From Podarcis liolepis (taxonomy: Eukaryota): 64,000 nt of DNA. This document shows positions 38,424 through 51,194 of the stretch, one piece after another. A model generated the notes under the pieces. It saw only the letters and a list, made by a program, of their open reading frames with translations, was not told the origin of the DNA and made no database searches. The stretch's first letter is position 1. Each line of letters begins with the position of its first letter. The translations under genes were made by a program, and so were the position numbers. The stretch is taken from NCBI GenBank assembly GCA_965112155.1, contig OZ218105.1; one strand, written 5' to 3'.

Positions 38424-38665
38424 CAGTGGTACCTCAGGTTACATACGCTTCAGGTTACATACACTTCAGGTTACAGACTCCGCTATCCCAGAAATAGTGC
38501 TTCAGGTTAAGAACTTTGCTTCAGGATGAGAACAGAAATCGTGCTCTGGCAGCACAGTGGCAGCAAAAGGCCCCATTATCTAAAGTAGTGCTTCAGATTA
38601 AGAACAGTTTCAGGTTAAGTATGGACTTCCAGAACGAATTAAGTACTTAACCTGAGGTACCACTG
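38424..38665. mobile_element. Tc1/mariner-pogo(Tigger)-type MITE
   Basis: TIR CAGTGGTACCTCAGGTTA / TAACCTGAGGTACCACTG, TA on both sides, internal CTTCAGGTTA repeats. Confidence 0.9.
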
Positions 38666-40256
38666 TATTTGTTTCCCTTTCAAGACAATCAAAAACTGAG
38701 GTACTCTGTCTAATGGTAGGACTGACCCTAGAAAATGTATGGAATCTGCATGGTGGTTGTGAACATTCTATCTTATTATTATTATTTATTAGATTTGTAT
38801 TCCACCCTCTACCCACGTCTCAGGGCAGTTCACAGGATAATCTACACCTTTAGAGCTGATTCACATAATGTGCAAATCCTTATATTTTTTTCCAGTGGAT
38901 AATCAGAATCAAATGTGGCATGTATTTTTTTTTATCTTTCTCTACTCTAAAGTTGGATGTTTTAAATCCATATTTCCCAAGTTGTTATTTTAAAAAGAAG
39001 GGTCGTGACACTTTTTACCTTTCCCTGTCTACTGCTATCCTGTGTGGTCTATTTCTTTCTGGAGAGAATCTCAACCTTTATGTAACAAATGCATGTCAGG
39101 AGACATAAATCAAAATATATCATCTGAAATGTATATCCAGTAGAAATGAAGATGACTTGGCCTGAGTATTTTATTTTTTGACATGCTGCTCCTAGTTGAT
39201 AATGTCAGTGCTATATATTGCCTTCAGCTATACTAAGAATCCTTGCTTATGGATTAAAATAAAGATTCACCCATGATATACTGCTGCAATCCCATGCCTG
39301 TTATGTGCATCTTTGGGTTACACACATATATACCCATGTGCCATCCCATTCTGGACTCCATTTCTACACAGAAAATCCTTTCTATGTAATCTTGTCAATT
39401 CATTTAAATGAAAAGGCTACCTCTGAACACTCATTTTTCTGGGTGCATCACCATCAAAACTGATGGAGTACCCCCACACCTACAAGAGACTGCTAGACCA
39501 ACACAATTCCAAGCACATATTTGCTTTACTGAAGTAGTGCTTTTAGAAAGCACCATTTTAGGAATCCTCTTACCTCCTGAAATTAAGCCATCTGTATAGA
39601 CCCCTTTTAAAAAATAGAGGACAGTATGGAATGATTTGGCATAAAGCAGTATATAAATTCAATAAACAACAGCAACAACAACAACAGTAGAGTATTTCAT
39701 TTACATGACCCCTAAATTTTGGGGGACAGAGCTAAATCTGAAATAGCAAATAGGTGCATTTTGAGAAAAGGTGGAGTGGAGGGGGCAGAAAAAATGCATA
39801 AAACCAGTGAATACGCAACAAGGGACAGAAATGTTCCTGTTACGTTAAAGGGGTCAAGGCTCAAAGGTGAAAAGAATTCATAGAGTCGTTATGATTAAGG
39901 GTAGGTTTTTAAATGGTTTTGATAAAGGCTTGTAAAACAGCCAAGAGAGATCCTGCAATTTTAATGTTAAGTGGCTTCTGTATTGGAAAAATGCCCAAGG
40001 GCCATGTCTAGCACGGTCACTTACAAATGACTGATGGGAGATCAATACAGACAGAGTGGGAATGCAGCTTTGTCACTAGGATATGTAGTTAGTATGTGAT
40101 TAGCTTTAAGTATCACTGACTTAGATGTAGATGGGCAGTAAAGTGCTTAGCAGCCAGTCAGCATGATGGCTGCACGTACACAGCAGTTAATGGAGCAAAA
40201 GCAGTGTATTATCATTAGGCATCCAGGAGGGCACACTGAACCCATTTTGGAGTTTT

Positions 40257-40510
40257 AAGAAGAAGAAGAAGAGTTTGGATTTGATATCCCGCTTTTCACT
40301 CCCTTTAAGGAGTCTCAAAGCGGCTAACATTCTCCTTTCCCTTCCTCCCCCACAACAAACACTCTGTGAGGTGAGTGGGGCTGAGAGACTTCAAAGAAGT
40401 GTGACTAGCCCAAGGTCACCCAGCAGCTGCATGTGGAGGAGCGGGGAATCGAACCCGGTTCACCAGATTACGAGTCTACCGCTCTTAACCACTACACCAC
40501 ACTGGCTCTC
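40257..40510 (-). mobile_element. Young tRNA-derived SINE (Squam3-like)
   Basis: Minus strand has GAGAGCCAGTGTGGTGTAGTGG (A box), GGTTCGATTCC (B box) and a (CTT)n tail. Matches 13182-13413. Confidence 0.88.
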
Positions 40511-41377
40511 AAGAGCAGGTCAGCAGAGCTTGTGCTCTTAACTAAATACATCTGTTGAAGGCATTTGTTTAGCTTTTCTCTGTAGGAAGTCCACTTCTAG
40601 GATTCGGAAAGATCAAGCATCTCTTCAAACTGCACATGAAACATTATCACAGAAGGAGCAAAACTGGACCATAGTAAAAAAGTAAAACAAAACAAAACAC
40701 ACTACCTAAGCCTTATGACTGGAGAAACATAAAAGAATATGTCTTTTTGAGGTTTGAATGGCCAAAAGAATTAAGAAGAATAAAGTTTTTCACTTTTGGT
40801 AGCCATCTTCCTTAGTTGTTCCATTTTTCGGGAATGTTTCCTACTTTCATCAGATATTTATTTACCCTGGCATTTCTCAATTCTCAATGTGTGTTTTTTT
40901 AATTAAGAAAGTTGAAGCATTAAAATCGTGAGTTAGATATTTAGTAAATTAAAAATACAGCTGCTAGAAGGCCATCTTTTGTTTCTTTTGCAAACAAGTC
41001 CATGTGGAGGAGAAGAGTGGGCGTTCCAGCCTGAATTAAGTCTACCGAAGTGAGAGACAGAAATAAACTTATCAGTTCCTTTATAATTGTTAAGCCATTG
41101 TCATCACCTGCTAAATTTTTTTGTTTGGTAACTTCTGTTTCTTTCTGATAATGCAATATGAAATGTTTTTTTTTAATGCTAGGTCGACAAATAAGCCATA
41201 TAAATAGAAATGCTATGATATTTGATGCTATGGTGAACGTGAAGGAAATACTTGTTATTAAAGAGTCTTGGCTCTTTTGTCTAAATCATCTAAAGGTATC
41301 TTCACTACTGACATTGACATGGCTTTGCTACTGTGGTTGTAACACACTGTGGTGGTTTTTCTGGGGGTTATCTGGGG

Positions 41378-41699
41378 GAGGAGCATCTCCACTCCCATCA
41401 TTCTGCCCGGACGCTGAAGTCCAGCGCCGAGGGCCTTCTGGCGGTTCCCTCATTGCAAGAAGCAAAACTACAGGGAGCCAGGCAGAGGGCCTTATTGGTA
41501 GTGGTGCCCGCCCTGTGAAACGCCCTCCCATCAGATGTCAAAGCGATAAACAACTACCTGACATTCAGAAGACATCTTAAGGCAGCCCTGTTCAGGGGAA
41601 GTTTTTAACGTGTGATATTTTAGTTTATTTTTGGTTTCTATGGAAGCCGCCCAGAGTGGCTGGGGAAACCCAGTCAGATGGGCGGGGTATAAATAATAA

Positions 41700-41747
<48 letters not shown>
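41378..41747 (+). mobile_element. L2-clade LINE 3' end with (TTA)n tail
   Basis: Translates ARTLKSSAEGLLAVPS...RALLVVVPAL*NALPSDVK...TFRRHLKAALF (R.LRS, P.LWN.LP and F...LK..LF motifs of L2 ORF2 ends). Short 3' UTR and (TTA)n at 41699-41747. Confidence 0.85.
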
Positions 41748-41750
<3 letters not shown>

Positions 41751-42569
41751 AGGATGCTGCCTTGAGATCCTTGGTTGGACATAATGGCCTTTAGATTCTT
41801 CTTGTCCTTGTCATTCCAAACATCTACAAAATTTCATCCATCCATGAGTTTTAGTTGATTAAAGTGATGGTTTAAAAAAAATCAAAAATCAAAAATCTGT
41901 TGAATAAAGCTATCAAGTCTTCCATCCTTTTCGCAATGACCTTCCATTTGTCTTTTCTCTCACTAGCAAAGAGTGTTCTCACATTTCAGTCTTGTGGCGT
42001 ACATACTGAAATTATTTTTCTGGTGTCCTAATCTTTCCAAGGCCATGAATATGCCAGTAATCTGCAGCCTAGGGCTATCGCTTGCCATCTTAATGGACCC
42101 TTAGAATACAGTTAATTACAGAGAGAAATTTGGGTATCCAACTGTCAAGGGAAGCTGATGCACTTACATGCCACAGCGTTTGGAGTGTTCCTGCTGCAAT
42201 GATCTCCATTTCAATGAACTTTAACATTCTTACACACTTTCCCACTTAAAATGGAGGTGACCCAGAAAAGCCCAAGGCTTAATGTAGACTATCATAAGCA
42301 TAATATTTGAGGGGGACTTTCAGCAGTATCCATATAATCACCATTACCCTCCCCACCATTAAACTACTATAATGCACATATCATCACCTAATTAAAACTG
42401 GACCAAAGCCACTAATGAAACTGTGATGTGGGTCACTGAATCTTAAAGCATTTGTACAAAAGTGAAGGGTGCTGCCTGGGAGGTGCAATGCTGTTTCCCA
42501 TGCACTCGGTTCAGTTATATATTTATTATCATGAGTAGCAGCACTCTCCTCCTGCTATTATTCTTAAAA

Positions 42570-42900
42570 ATGTTTATAGGCCACCTTCATGACTCACTCA
42601 AGGTGGCTTACACCAGAAAATATGAAAATAAAGCTTCTAATAGAGACAAGAAAAAAAATTCTACTACTTCTTGTACATTCACAGCATTAATAAACCAATA
42701 GTAGTAAAACCTCATTCAACCAGAGACTAAAATACAATTTAACAGCTTCAGCAGCCTCAAAGAGCAGAAAGGTATCTCTCAAGAGTAAGCCACCAAGGGA
42801 GGAAAAGGGTCTTCAGGGCCTTTCAGAAGATCTGCAATGTAATAATTTCATGGAGGTCTGCTGGAAATGAATGCCAGAGCCATGGGGCCACCATGGAGGT
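42570..42900 (-). mobile_element. Old L2-type LINE 3' fragment
   Basis: Minus strand encodes VAPWLWHSF (cf. AP.LWN.LP) and ends with GTAAGCCACCTTGAG...AAGGTGGCCTATAAACA. Confidence 0.5.
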
Positions 42901-43025
42901 CCACTCCCTTGTGCCTATAAACTTCACTAAACATGTATGTGATGAGAGTTCAGTGTTAGGCATCTGCTTAGCATTCTGCTTGTGTCTGCATGGTTCCTTG
43001 TAAATAATTCTCTCTCTTAAAAATA

Positions 43026-43609
43026 CAGTGGTCCCTCTGGTTATTAACTTAATTTGTTCCAGAGGTCCGTTCTTAACCTGAAACCATTCTTAACCTGAGG
43101 CGTGCTTTCACTAATGGGGCCTCCCGCTGCCACTGAGCTGCCGCCGCGCAATTTCTGTTCTCATCCTGAGGTAAAGTTCTTAACCCGAGGTACTACTTCC
43201 AGGTTAGCAGAGTCTGTAACCTGAAGTGTTTGTAACCCAAGGTGTTTGTAACCCAAGGTAAAGGTACCCCTGCCCGTATGGGCCAGTCGTGTCCGACTCT
43301 AGGGTTGTGCGCACATCTCATTTAAGAGGCCGGGGGCCAGCGCTGTCCGGAGACACTTCTGGGTCACGTGGCCAGCGTGACAAAGCTGCTTTGGCGAGCC
43401 TGCACCAGCGCAGCACACAGAAACGCCATTTATCTTCCCACTAGAAAGCGGTACCTATTTATCTACTTGCACTTAGGGGTGCTTTCGAACTGCTAGGTGG
43501 GCAGGAGCTGGGACCGAAAGACGGGAGCTCACCCCACCGTGGGGATTTGAACCGCCGACCATGCGATCGGCAAGCCCTAGGTGCTGAGGATTTACCCACA
43601 GCACCACTG
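43026..43609. mobile_element. Tigger-type MITE (same family as 38424-38665, opposite orientation) with right TIR split by a SINE
   Basis: TA-CAGTGGTCCCTC at 43024. Body to ...TAACCCAAGGTA (43260). Remaining TIR CCACTG-TA at 43604-43611. Confidence 0.8.
43255..43607 (-). mobile_element. Sauria SINE (Squam1-type), slightly 5'-truncated
   Basis: Minus strand has GTGCTGTGGGTAAA...GGTTCAAATCCCC (B box)...GTGCAAGTAGATAAATAGGTACC and an (ACCTTT)n tail. Confidence 0.88.
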
Positions 43610-43980
43610 TATTAATTTTCAACGCTGATGAAAACCTACAGCTTTTTAAAACAAATGTCCTGATTTAAAGTTCAAAATGGTATTCTCTCTCCTCCTTCCC
43701 AGTTGAGTATCTCCATTGCGAAAGTAACTGATAAGTTTGGGTGGTTGCTGCTGTTGTTTAAAATTAGCCCCACTGAGTGGATAAAGCCTATCAAATTTCA
43801 TATAAATAGGTTCAAGAGGTTTGTGCCAGGCATAAAGACTTGAAAAAAGCCTTGTTTTTAAAAGAAAAATTCATAGTAAAACTGAATGAATTTTTCAGGC
43901 ATAGTAGCCCTTTCTGAGCTGATGGAGCCTGTACATCCTATACATTTCCAGAAGTATAGATGTAGAGCATTTGGTGCAAG

Positions 43981-44100
43981 AATCATAGAGTTGGAAGCAA
44001 CCATGAGAGTCATTTAGTTCAACCAGCTGCAATGCAGGAATCTTTTGCCCACCATAGGGCTTGAACCCACAACCCTGACATTAAGAGTTTACCAACTGAG
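43981..44100 (-). mobile_element. Short tRNA-derived SINE with CR1-type tail
   Basis: Minus strand has a tRNA-like head CTCAGTTGGTA...GGGTTCAAGCCC, then TTCCTGCATTGCAG...TTCCAACTCTATGATT, resembling the CR1 3' end. Confidence 0.65.
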
Positions 44101-45041
44101 TTTTCCCTTCCTTCTGCCAGGTATTTTCTTAAATTGCCTCAAGTTTTAAAAAGAGCCAAATGAGGGGGGAAATTCATCTAAATCCAGTGATTCCTCCCAG
44201 TCGCTGCAAGCAGAACTCTTCCATGGCTGCAAATAAAGTGCTTCTTGTGATTGTGGATATAGATATGATTGACTTTCCTTCCTAAAGCTCCCCAGTGACC
44301 CTGTGGTTTCACCATTTTGGCAGTGCAAAGCAAAATAATTAATTTAGTCGAAATCCAAACATATTTATAACTTCATTATTGAACTTGTTTGTGGTGGGAG
44401 GTTTTTGTTTTGTTTCGTTTTTGGTCTTGTCAATAGTTACTTTGCAAAAATACAGCTGGAGCTGCCAAGGAGATGATTCTTATGAAGAGAGAAGCTAAGC
44501 AAAGCTTATTATTGATCAGTAGACTCAGACATTAATGGAAATAGCTAAATTGGAAAAGATCCTCTTTACACACTATGGCAAATTGTATTTATTTGATCAG
44601 GTAGGGCAACCTTTTATTGAACGGTGTACAGCCTTTGCTGTTAAACAGGCTTATTTTCATTTTTGCACAGCTTCAAATAGTTCTGGAGATGGCAACATTT
44701 CCTTTTTTATTTTCTCTCCGTAGCTCTCTTTTCCTATCAAGGTTTGAACCAAATCTTGATTCTTTCTATATATTACATGAAATGTATTGCTGCAGCTTAT
44801 CTCTGTGGGTTTTCTATACAGCCCTTTTGCCTTCACTGGACTTGGGATGACATTTATTCCTCCTAAAATCGGGAAATATTCCTCAGTTATTTTCCCAAGG
44901 GCACAGCCCAGAGTATAGATCTGAAGCAGGGCTGGCTAACCCTTTTTTGGTCCAAAGGATGCATGCACATCACCAGAGCAAAAGTCTGCTGCACCACATC
45001 TTCTCTCTTTTACACACAACACCTAGCACACACACAAATGT

Positions 45042-45245
45042 GAACCAGTGTGGTGTACTAGTTGGAGCATTGGACTAAGACCTGAAAAACTGGGTTCAAA
45101 TTCCCACTCGGCCAAGATGAAGCTCACTGGGTGATCTTGGCCTAGTTTCTCACTCACAGAGTAACCTACCCCACAGACTTGTTGTGAGGATAAAATGGGG
45201 GAGAACTCTGTAGGCCATCTTAAGTTCCTTGGAGAAAAAAGGTGA
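45042..45245 (+). mobile_element. Older tRNA-derived SINE (Squam3/MIR-like)
   Basis: GAACCAGTGTGGTGTACTAG...GGGTTCAAATTCC...GTTGTGAGGATAAAATGG. Resembles 6280-6472. Confidence 0.7.
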
Positions 45246-45552
45246 GAGATAATATGATGTGTTTTTAAATTGCCTGGGTAGATAGGTTCATCGTGATCAT
45301 GTATATGGTTTATTTACTGGAGCAGTTCTGAGCTGCTGATTACACTACGTTTTTTGGTGTTTGATTTTTAGAATGCTGCGATGGTTAATAAAGATTATTG
45401 CTTGAATTTTTTTGTATATTTTTAAATCTCTTGTAAGTCACCAAGAGCCTGCTTTGATTTAGGCACTAACAACAACATACAGGTCCACAAACATATGTAA
45501 AGATCACACTTTGAGCACACACATGCTCACTATACACACCCTCTCTACATAA

Positions 45553-45564
45553 CACACAGACACA

Positions 45565-45620
<56 letters not shown>
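45553..45620. repeat. Compound (CA)n(GA)n microsatellite
   Basis: Direct reading. Confidence 0.95.
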
Positions 45621-45622
<2 letters not shown>

Positions 45623-45630
45623 ACCTAGGC

Positions 45631-45768
45631 CAGCCTTTCTCAACCTGTGGGTCCCCAGATGTTGTTGGACTACAATTCCCATCACCCCTAGCTAGCAAGG
45701 CCAGAGGTCAGGGATGATGGGAGTTGTAGTCCAACAACATCTGGGGGCCCACAGGTTGAGAACCGCTG
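45631..45768. mobile_element. Palindromic hAT MITE related to 35909-36044
   Basis: TIRs CAGCCTTTCTCAACCTGTGGG.CCCCAGATGTTGTTGGACTACAA / TTGTAGTCCAACAACATCTGGGG.CCCACAGGTTGAGAACCGCTG. Flanks ACCTAGGC / ACTAGGC. Confidence 0.88.
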
Positions 45769-47132
45769 ACTAGGCTTTGCTCCTTAAACTCCATCACTGC
45801 CTCTCCCAATTTTCCTCCTCATCACCCTACAGGTTCTTCTTATTTTCTTGTAGCAGGAGCACAGTGGTGGAATACAGCATTTCTGATGTTAGATATATTT
45901 CAATAAATAAATACAAATCTGATGAGGGCCAAAAGCATGCCTTTATTTCCACACTGCACTTCCTGAAAAGCTCTGCATGTTAAACTTTCTTCTTCCAAAT
46001 GTCCAAAATAAGAACAAGTTTTGACAAGACAGAGTTTGATTGAAACAGCACGACACTGGCAAATTGCACACTCCACTGGAATTTGGACTTTGCCCATCTA
46101 CAAGGTACTGATTATATTGTGCATGCCTTGGCCTGTGCTACACATGAGGAAAGATTCCTTTTTGGACTTTTGCACATCGAAAAGAGGGAGGATTTTACAC
46201 ACTGGGGATGAATGTTAGAAAGAAAAGAATGGGCATTGCGGAAATCAATCTCTCTTTTATACACTTCCAAATTATTCTCCTAAAAGAGAGGCCTCCAGCC
46301 GCTCTGTCAGTCATGATAAAGCTATCACTCTGAGACATATTACAGGTTTTCTTTTCATGTTTTCAATGGAAAACATCCCACAGGTGTGTTTACATTACCG
46401 GAAAATATATGAAGATTAATTATATGTCTGAGGCCTGAAATTTATCAACATATATTTTTTGAAGATTTCAGCTGGCTTAAAATGAATGGCTTTTAAAACA
46501 TGCTAGCTAGAAAGTTTTGAGGAAAATAAAGCACTTTCAGGAACACGCACACACAACACCCAGAAATAACCGGTCTATTTTAATGAGTTTGTGGCAGAAG
46601 TCTATTCTTTCTATTGTTTGGATAAAATGTAGGTGAGGAACAACAGTGAAGAACCAAACTTTTTTTAAAAAAACAACAACAACCAGTCGATTGTTCTCTG
46701 AAATAAGATAAGTCTGACCACCAGAAGCCAATTAGCACAACTTCTTTAATAGCAGAATCTAGCCTTTCAGCAGCACTAACTAGATCATTGCTATTAAACT
46801 GTACCACCAAGTACAATCCTTTAGAAAGGATTGCAAGCAAGGCTGGAGCTGTGACTTGTCATACCCTAATCTAGACTGGGAGAGTATATTCTCCAGCTCA
46901 ACATCCCTGAGTCTAGGCCTTGAGATGTAGAAGAGGCTGGATTGTGGAGAGCATACTGTTATGTAGACAAGACAAAGATTGAAGAACTAGTATATATACC
47001 AATAAATTTCATGTTGCCTGCCAGTTATAAGGGCTGCTACACTCATAGGCCCTTGTGCACCAAAAGGGAACTTTGATATCGAAATACAGACATCGCCAGG
47101 TACTGATGTAAGCTAAGACTTGGCTTCAGACC

Positions 47133-47542
47133 CAGAGATGGGTGAATCTGTCAATCTGTTACTCTCAGTTTCTCATTTTCCCAATCTTAAATTTAATTCT
47201 CTGCATTTCTACAGTGATTTATGATTTGTTTGTTTGTTTTAAAAATCCTCGTGAAAATTCACCAATTTTATGTGAATTTTCCCCAATAGACACATTCTTC
47301 ATGAAATTTTGATTAACCCGTCCCCATTTGTTTGCCAATTTCCCCTAACATAATGCATTTTGTATGTTATTTTCATGAATGCATGTATTTTTATGCTCAC
47401 CTTGCCCTAATATACTCATTTTATGCAAATTTTGTGGTTGGAGAACTGCGCTGCAAAGTGTTAAAGTGCATATTTCAAAGGATAATTGTGCATCTATTCA
47501 CATATTGGTTCAAAAAAATGAAAACAATTTCTCCGCCATCCC
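47133..47542 (+). mobile_element. Non-autonomous DNA transposon, same family as 19130-19554
   Basis: Ends CAGAGATGGG ... CCATCCCT. Collinear similarity with 19130-19554. Confidence 0.65.
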
Positions 47543-49066
47543 TCCTCAGACCCCAAGACCCCATTGTTCAGGCCTCATAGCCCTTGATAAAGGTAGTGAC
47601 ACTCTCAACCTCCGTGAGGTGCACATAAAATCTGCTGAATAAATGGTGCACCATGAACTGAATAAAATTGAACAGAGGTTCAAAAGTCTGTTGACTTATA
47701 AAACATACTTGGTCCAATGACTATTCAAGTATATGTAAAGCATTAACTTGTTAGACATGTAACAAAGAAAGAAGCCCTCTTCAGGCAGTCAGACTGAAGA
47801 TGTATTCAAATGTAGTCAGCTAGTGAAATGACTATCCACATCAGAAAAATCTTCGAACCTAAACTGAATTGAAAGCTAGCCATTCTTGCTCTTACTTAAC
47901 CCAAAGTAATAAAGATGTGTATAGTTTAAGAGCAGAAGGGTGTTTTAATATTGATCTAGTGATGCTGGCAGATTTCTCCTTCTCAACCAAGGACTGCCTA
48001 TTTTGAATGCATCCACTAAAGTCTTGAACTTGCAGTACTCACTTCCCCACAACTGCTCATAACTGGTTTTAGAAATGTATAGCAGTAATTTAATCTGCAG
48101 GAGGCTGCTGCGGGGGTGGGGGTGGGGAAGAAGGAACTGGTGCCTGATTTAAATAACCATCTTGACAAGCAACATCCAAATAATCTACAGTAGTTCAAAT
48201 GTATTGGTCTCATTCTGGGAATTGAAGTTAGCCCAAGAAAGGTTTCTGATTTACTGCTGTTCAAGACCTAGACAAACAAATATATAACCATACATATTAT
48301 TTATATACTTCCAATTGATGCTGGAGTAGCACTTAGGCAATGAAGTATGAGCTGCAATCTAAACAAGGAAAAGAAATCTCTATGCATTATACATCTTCGT
48401 TAATATACAAAAACTGAACACCTAGTCAATAGCACTCAAAATGGCCTAGACTCTTATCAGCAAAGTTCATACTTCAAACATTCTAGGTAACTGGCATGCT
48501 TACAACTCGAATTAAGAGGAGAAAAGACATTACTGTTTATTACTTTGTTTGAAATAGTCATATCTTGTCTTCCTGCAGGAGGTATCCATTACTGAAGTGC
48601 AAAACATTCCAAATTCATAGAGGGGGAGAAGAAAGAGTCTAACTCATTGGCAACAAGCCAGATATTTAAAAGCCATCAAATAGCCTTAATAACCACAGGG
48701 CAACACTTGAACAAAGCCATATAGACTGTCTACTATGATTTTTTTCTACACATCTTAAATTTGCCCTCTTAGGTGTCAAGGTACGAATGGTCTTTGTTGC
48801 TCCTGGGGCAAGTAAAGATTATTAACTGTAGCAAAGTTATTATGGAAGTGGTCAGTCTAAGTAGTGATTCCACAGTTTGGTACAGAATCATGAAACAGGT
48901 TGAGGAATTGAGAAATCGAGCAATGCCAAGGGCTCATACTCAAGGCTAACCAAGGATTTATTACGCTAGCAGTATGAGAAACTGCTTTCCCATGGATTAC
49001 CATTGTGGTAACCATACGTATACTGGAACCAAGTAGGCGGGGCAAAAGATGTTTTTCATCCCTAAT

Positions 49067-49444
49067 AAGGTAAAGGTAAAGGATCCCTGGACAGTTAAGT
49101 CCAGTTAAAGGCAACTATGGGATGCAGCACTCATCTGGCTTTCAGGCCAAGGGAGCCGGCGTTTGTCCACAGACAGCTTTCCTGGTCATGTGGCCACTAC
49201 TAAACCACTATTAGCTCATGGAGGACTGTGACAAATGCCATAGTGCATGGAAACACCATTTACCTTCTTGCTGCAGCAGTACCTATTTATCTACTTGCAC
49301 TAGTGTACTTTTGAGTTGCTAGGTTGGCAGAAGCTGGGACAGAGCAATGGGAGCTCACCCCATTGCATGGATTCAAATTTCTGACCTTCCGATCCACAAA
49401 CCGAAGAGGCTCAGTAGTTTAGACCACAGCGCCACCCACGTCCC
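49067..49444 (-). mobile_element. Full-length Sauria SINE with 11-bp TSD
   Basis: Minus strand starts GGGACGTGGGTGGCGCTGTGG, contains GTGCAAGTAGATAAATAGGTAC and ends (ACCTTT)n. TSD TCATCCCTAAT at 49056-49066 and 49447-49457. Confidence 0.9.
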
Positions 49445-50919
49445 ACTCATCCCTAATGGAAAGGATTGCAATGACTGGGTAGGAAGGAACCATTTGATTT
49501 GCCCCACCGCTAAGGATCAGGCACATGCATGGCTATCCTGGCATCATGAGTAGTAGTTTCCATGCTAGTACAATACAGTGAGAAGTTGGTTCAAATGTCT
49601 AGCCAAAGTCATAGGCTAGGAGATAATGTATGTTCTAATAGTATTGCTTCTTTTGAAATGGGCAACATGTAAGCCTGTGGTTGAATAATTACTGAATAAA
49701 AATGAGGAAAAAACAAAACAAGTCAGATATTGGAGGTGAGGAAATGAAGAGCCAGGCAGAAGGCAAGAGAATAAAGAGACAATGAACATCTGCTTGTTGC
49801 AGGGCTTCATTCCTTGATTTGTGTCTGTGTTCAGAGTAAGTAAACTTTTCATTTCAAAACAAATTAAATACTGAAACTGCATACAATGCCCGCAGCATCC
49901 AACTCTTCTGATTCCAGAGACTGCCTCTAATAACATATATATCACAAAATGTTTAAAACAAACAAAAAATGTACATTCTAGGCATTGCTGGGGAAAGTTT
50001 TTCAAGGCCAACTGATACCTGTTCTTGGCCTAATTCTTAAAGGCAGTTATTCTGGATTAATTTTAAGTTTCCTAATTACCTATGTAATCCTAATAAAGTC
50101 AACAAAGCTCCTCTAGCACAGGCAAGTTATGGACTGAAGCCTTCGTCACTTGCATCCCGATCCTGACAAATATGTTTTGCTGATCTGAAAGGAAGACTTG
50201 CATCCATCGTGGACTAAGAGAGATCTAGCTGCTCAGATCCACTCTCTCACCTCAAAACACCTCCTAGTGAGCAGAGACTGAAGGGCAACGTGAAAGAAGA
50301 TCAAAGATGAGGGTGGGAAATGCCACCTGAATATTCACCTCACCACAGAAACATTTCCATTCCTGATGGTAGACTTGAAAGCTGTTTTTATTGTGAGAAC
50401 CATTCATAATTCGCTTTCAAAACCCTTTAGGACTATGAAGCAGGATATAAATATAATATAAACACAATACATTTCTGCTTCAAACCTTGGTTATGTTTTT
50501 GATACCAACTGAAGACTCTTCTCCTCTGCCAGGTTTCCTGAAGGCCACTTACATCCCTGAAAGTTATTTGTGCACTGAATGACATGGTTATTCTGACTGG
50601 TGTAATTGATGGATAGAAGATGGTTTTGCTTTAAAGCGTATGTTATTTTGTTTTAATTGTGTATTGTGCTTTAAGTGTCATGACCTACTCCCAAATTAAA
50701 AGGTGGGGTATAAATCTAACAGAGAAAGGATCTGCAACTAGTGAGAAGAGACACCAAAATCACTGGGTGTTCCCCACTTCGCTGGTGACATTATCTCTAC
50801 CTGGGCAGGTGATGATGAAGACACTTTCCCCCATTATCCTCTTCTTTTTACACCTGACAATCAGAAGGATGCAAGGAGACAGTGAAAGTATTTTCCAGTG
50901 TGCTCTTCTTCTGTCATAG

Positions 50920-51080
50920 TTCTGGCAATGGGAAGAAAAAATGTAGGAAAACAGGTCTCATGACAGGAAAAGAGGGAAATGTAAAGAGAATGCTTGACTT
51001 GAATTCTGGCAATGGGAAGAAAAAAAGTAGGAAAACAGGGCTCATGACAGGAAAAGAGGGAAATGTAAAGAGAATGCTTG
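50920..51080 (+). repeat. Tandem duplication of 77 bp (period 84)
   Basis: 50920-50996 and 51004-51080, two mismatches, 7-bp spacer. Confidence 0.9.
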
Positions 51081-51194
51081 CAGGAGTGCACAGTCAGGCT
51101 ATGGAGACAGGATTTCTCCTTCCTTTCTGTCCTGCATAATCACGTGCTGTTTAAATGGAACAAACCACATACACTGTGCATGCAATCCTGGCTG

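Noticed and set aside
40440-40510. tRNA-like sequence with A and B boxes
   Set aside because: It is a SINE head that continues into the SINE body and tail, so it is not called a tRNA gene. The same applies at 13182, 43500-43600, 44040-44100 and 49340-49444.
40941-41156. Minus-strand ORF faintly resembling an RT segment (LLLHMDL...GLLAAVFL)
   Set aside because: The expected GFR and D..KAFD motifs are absent.
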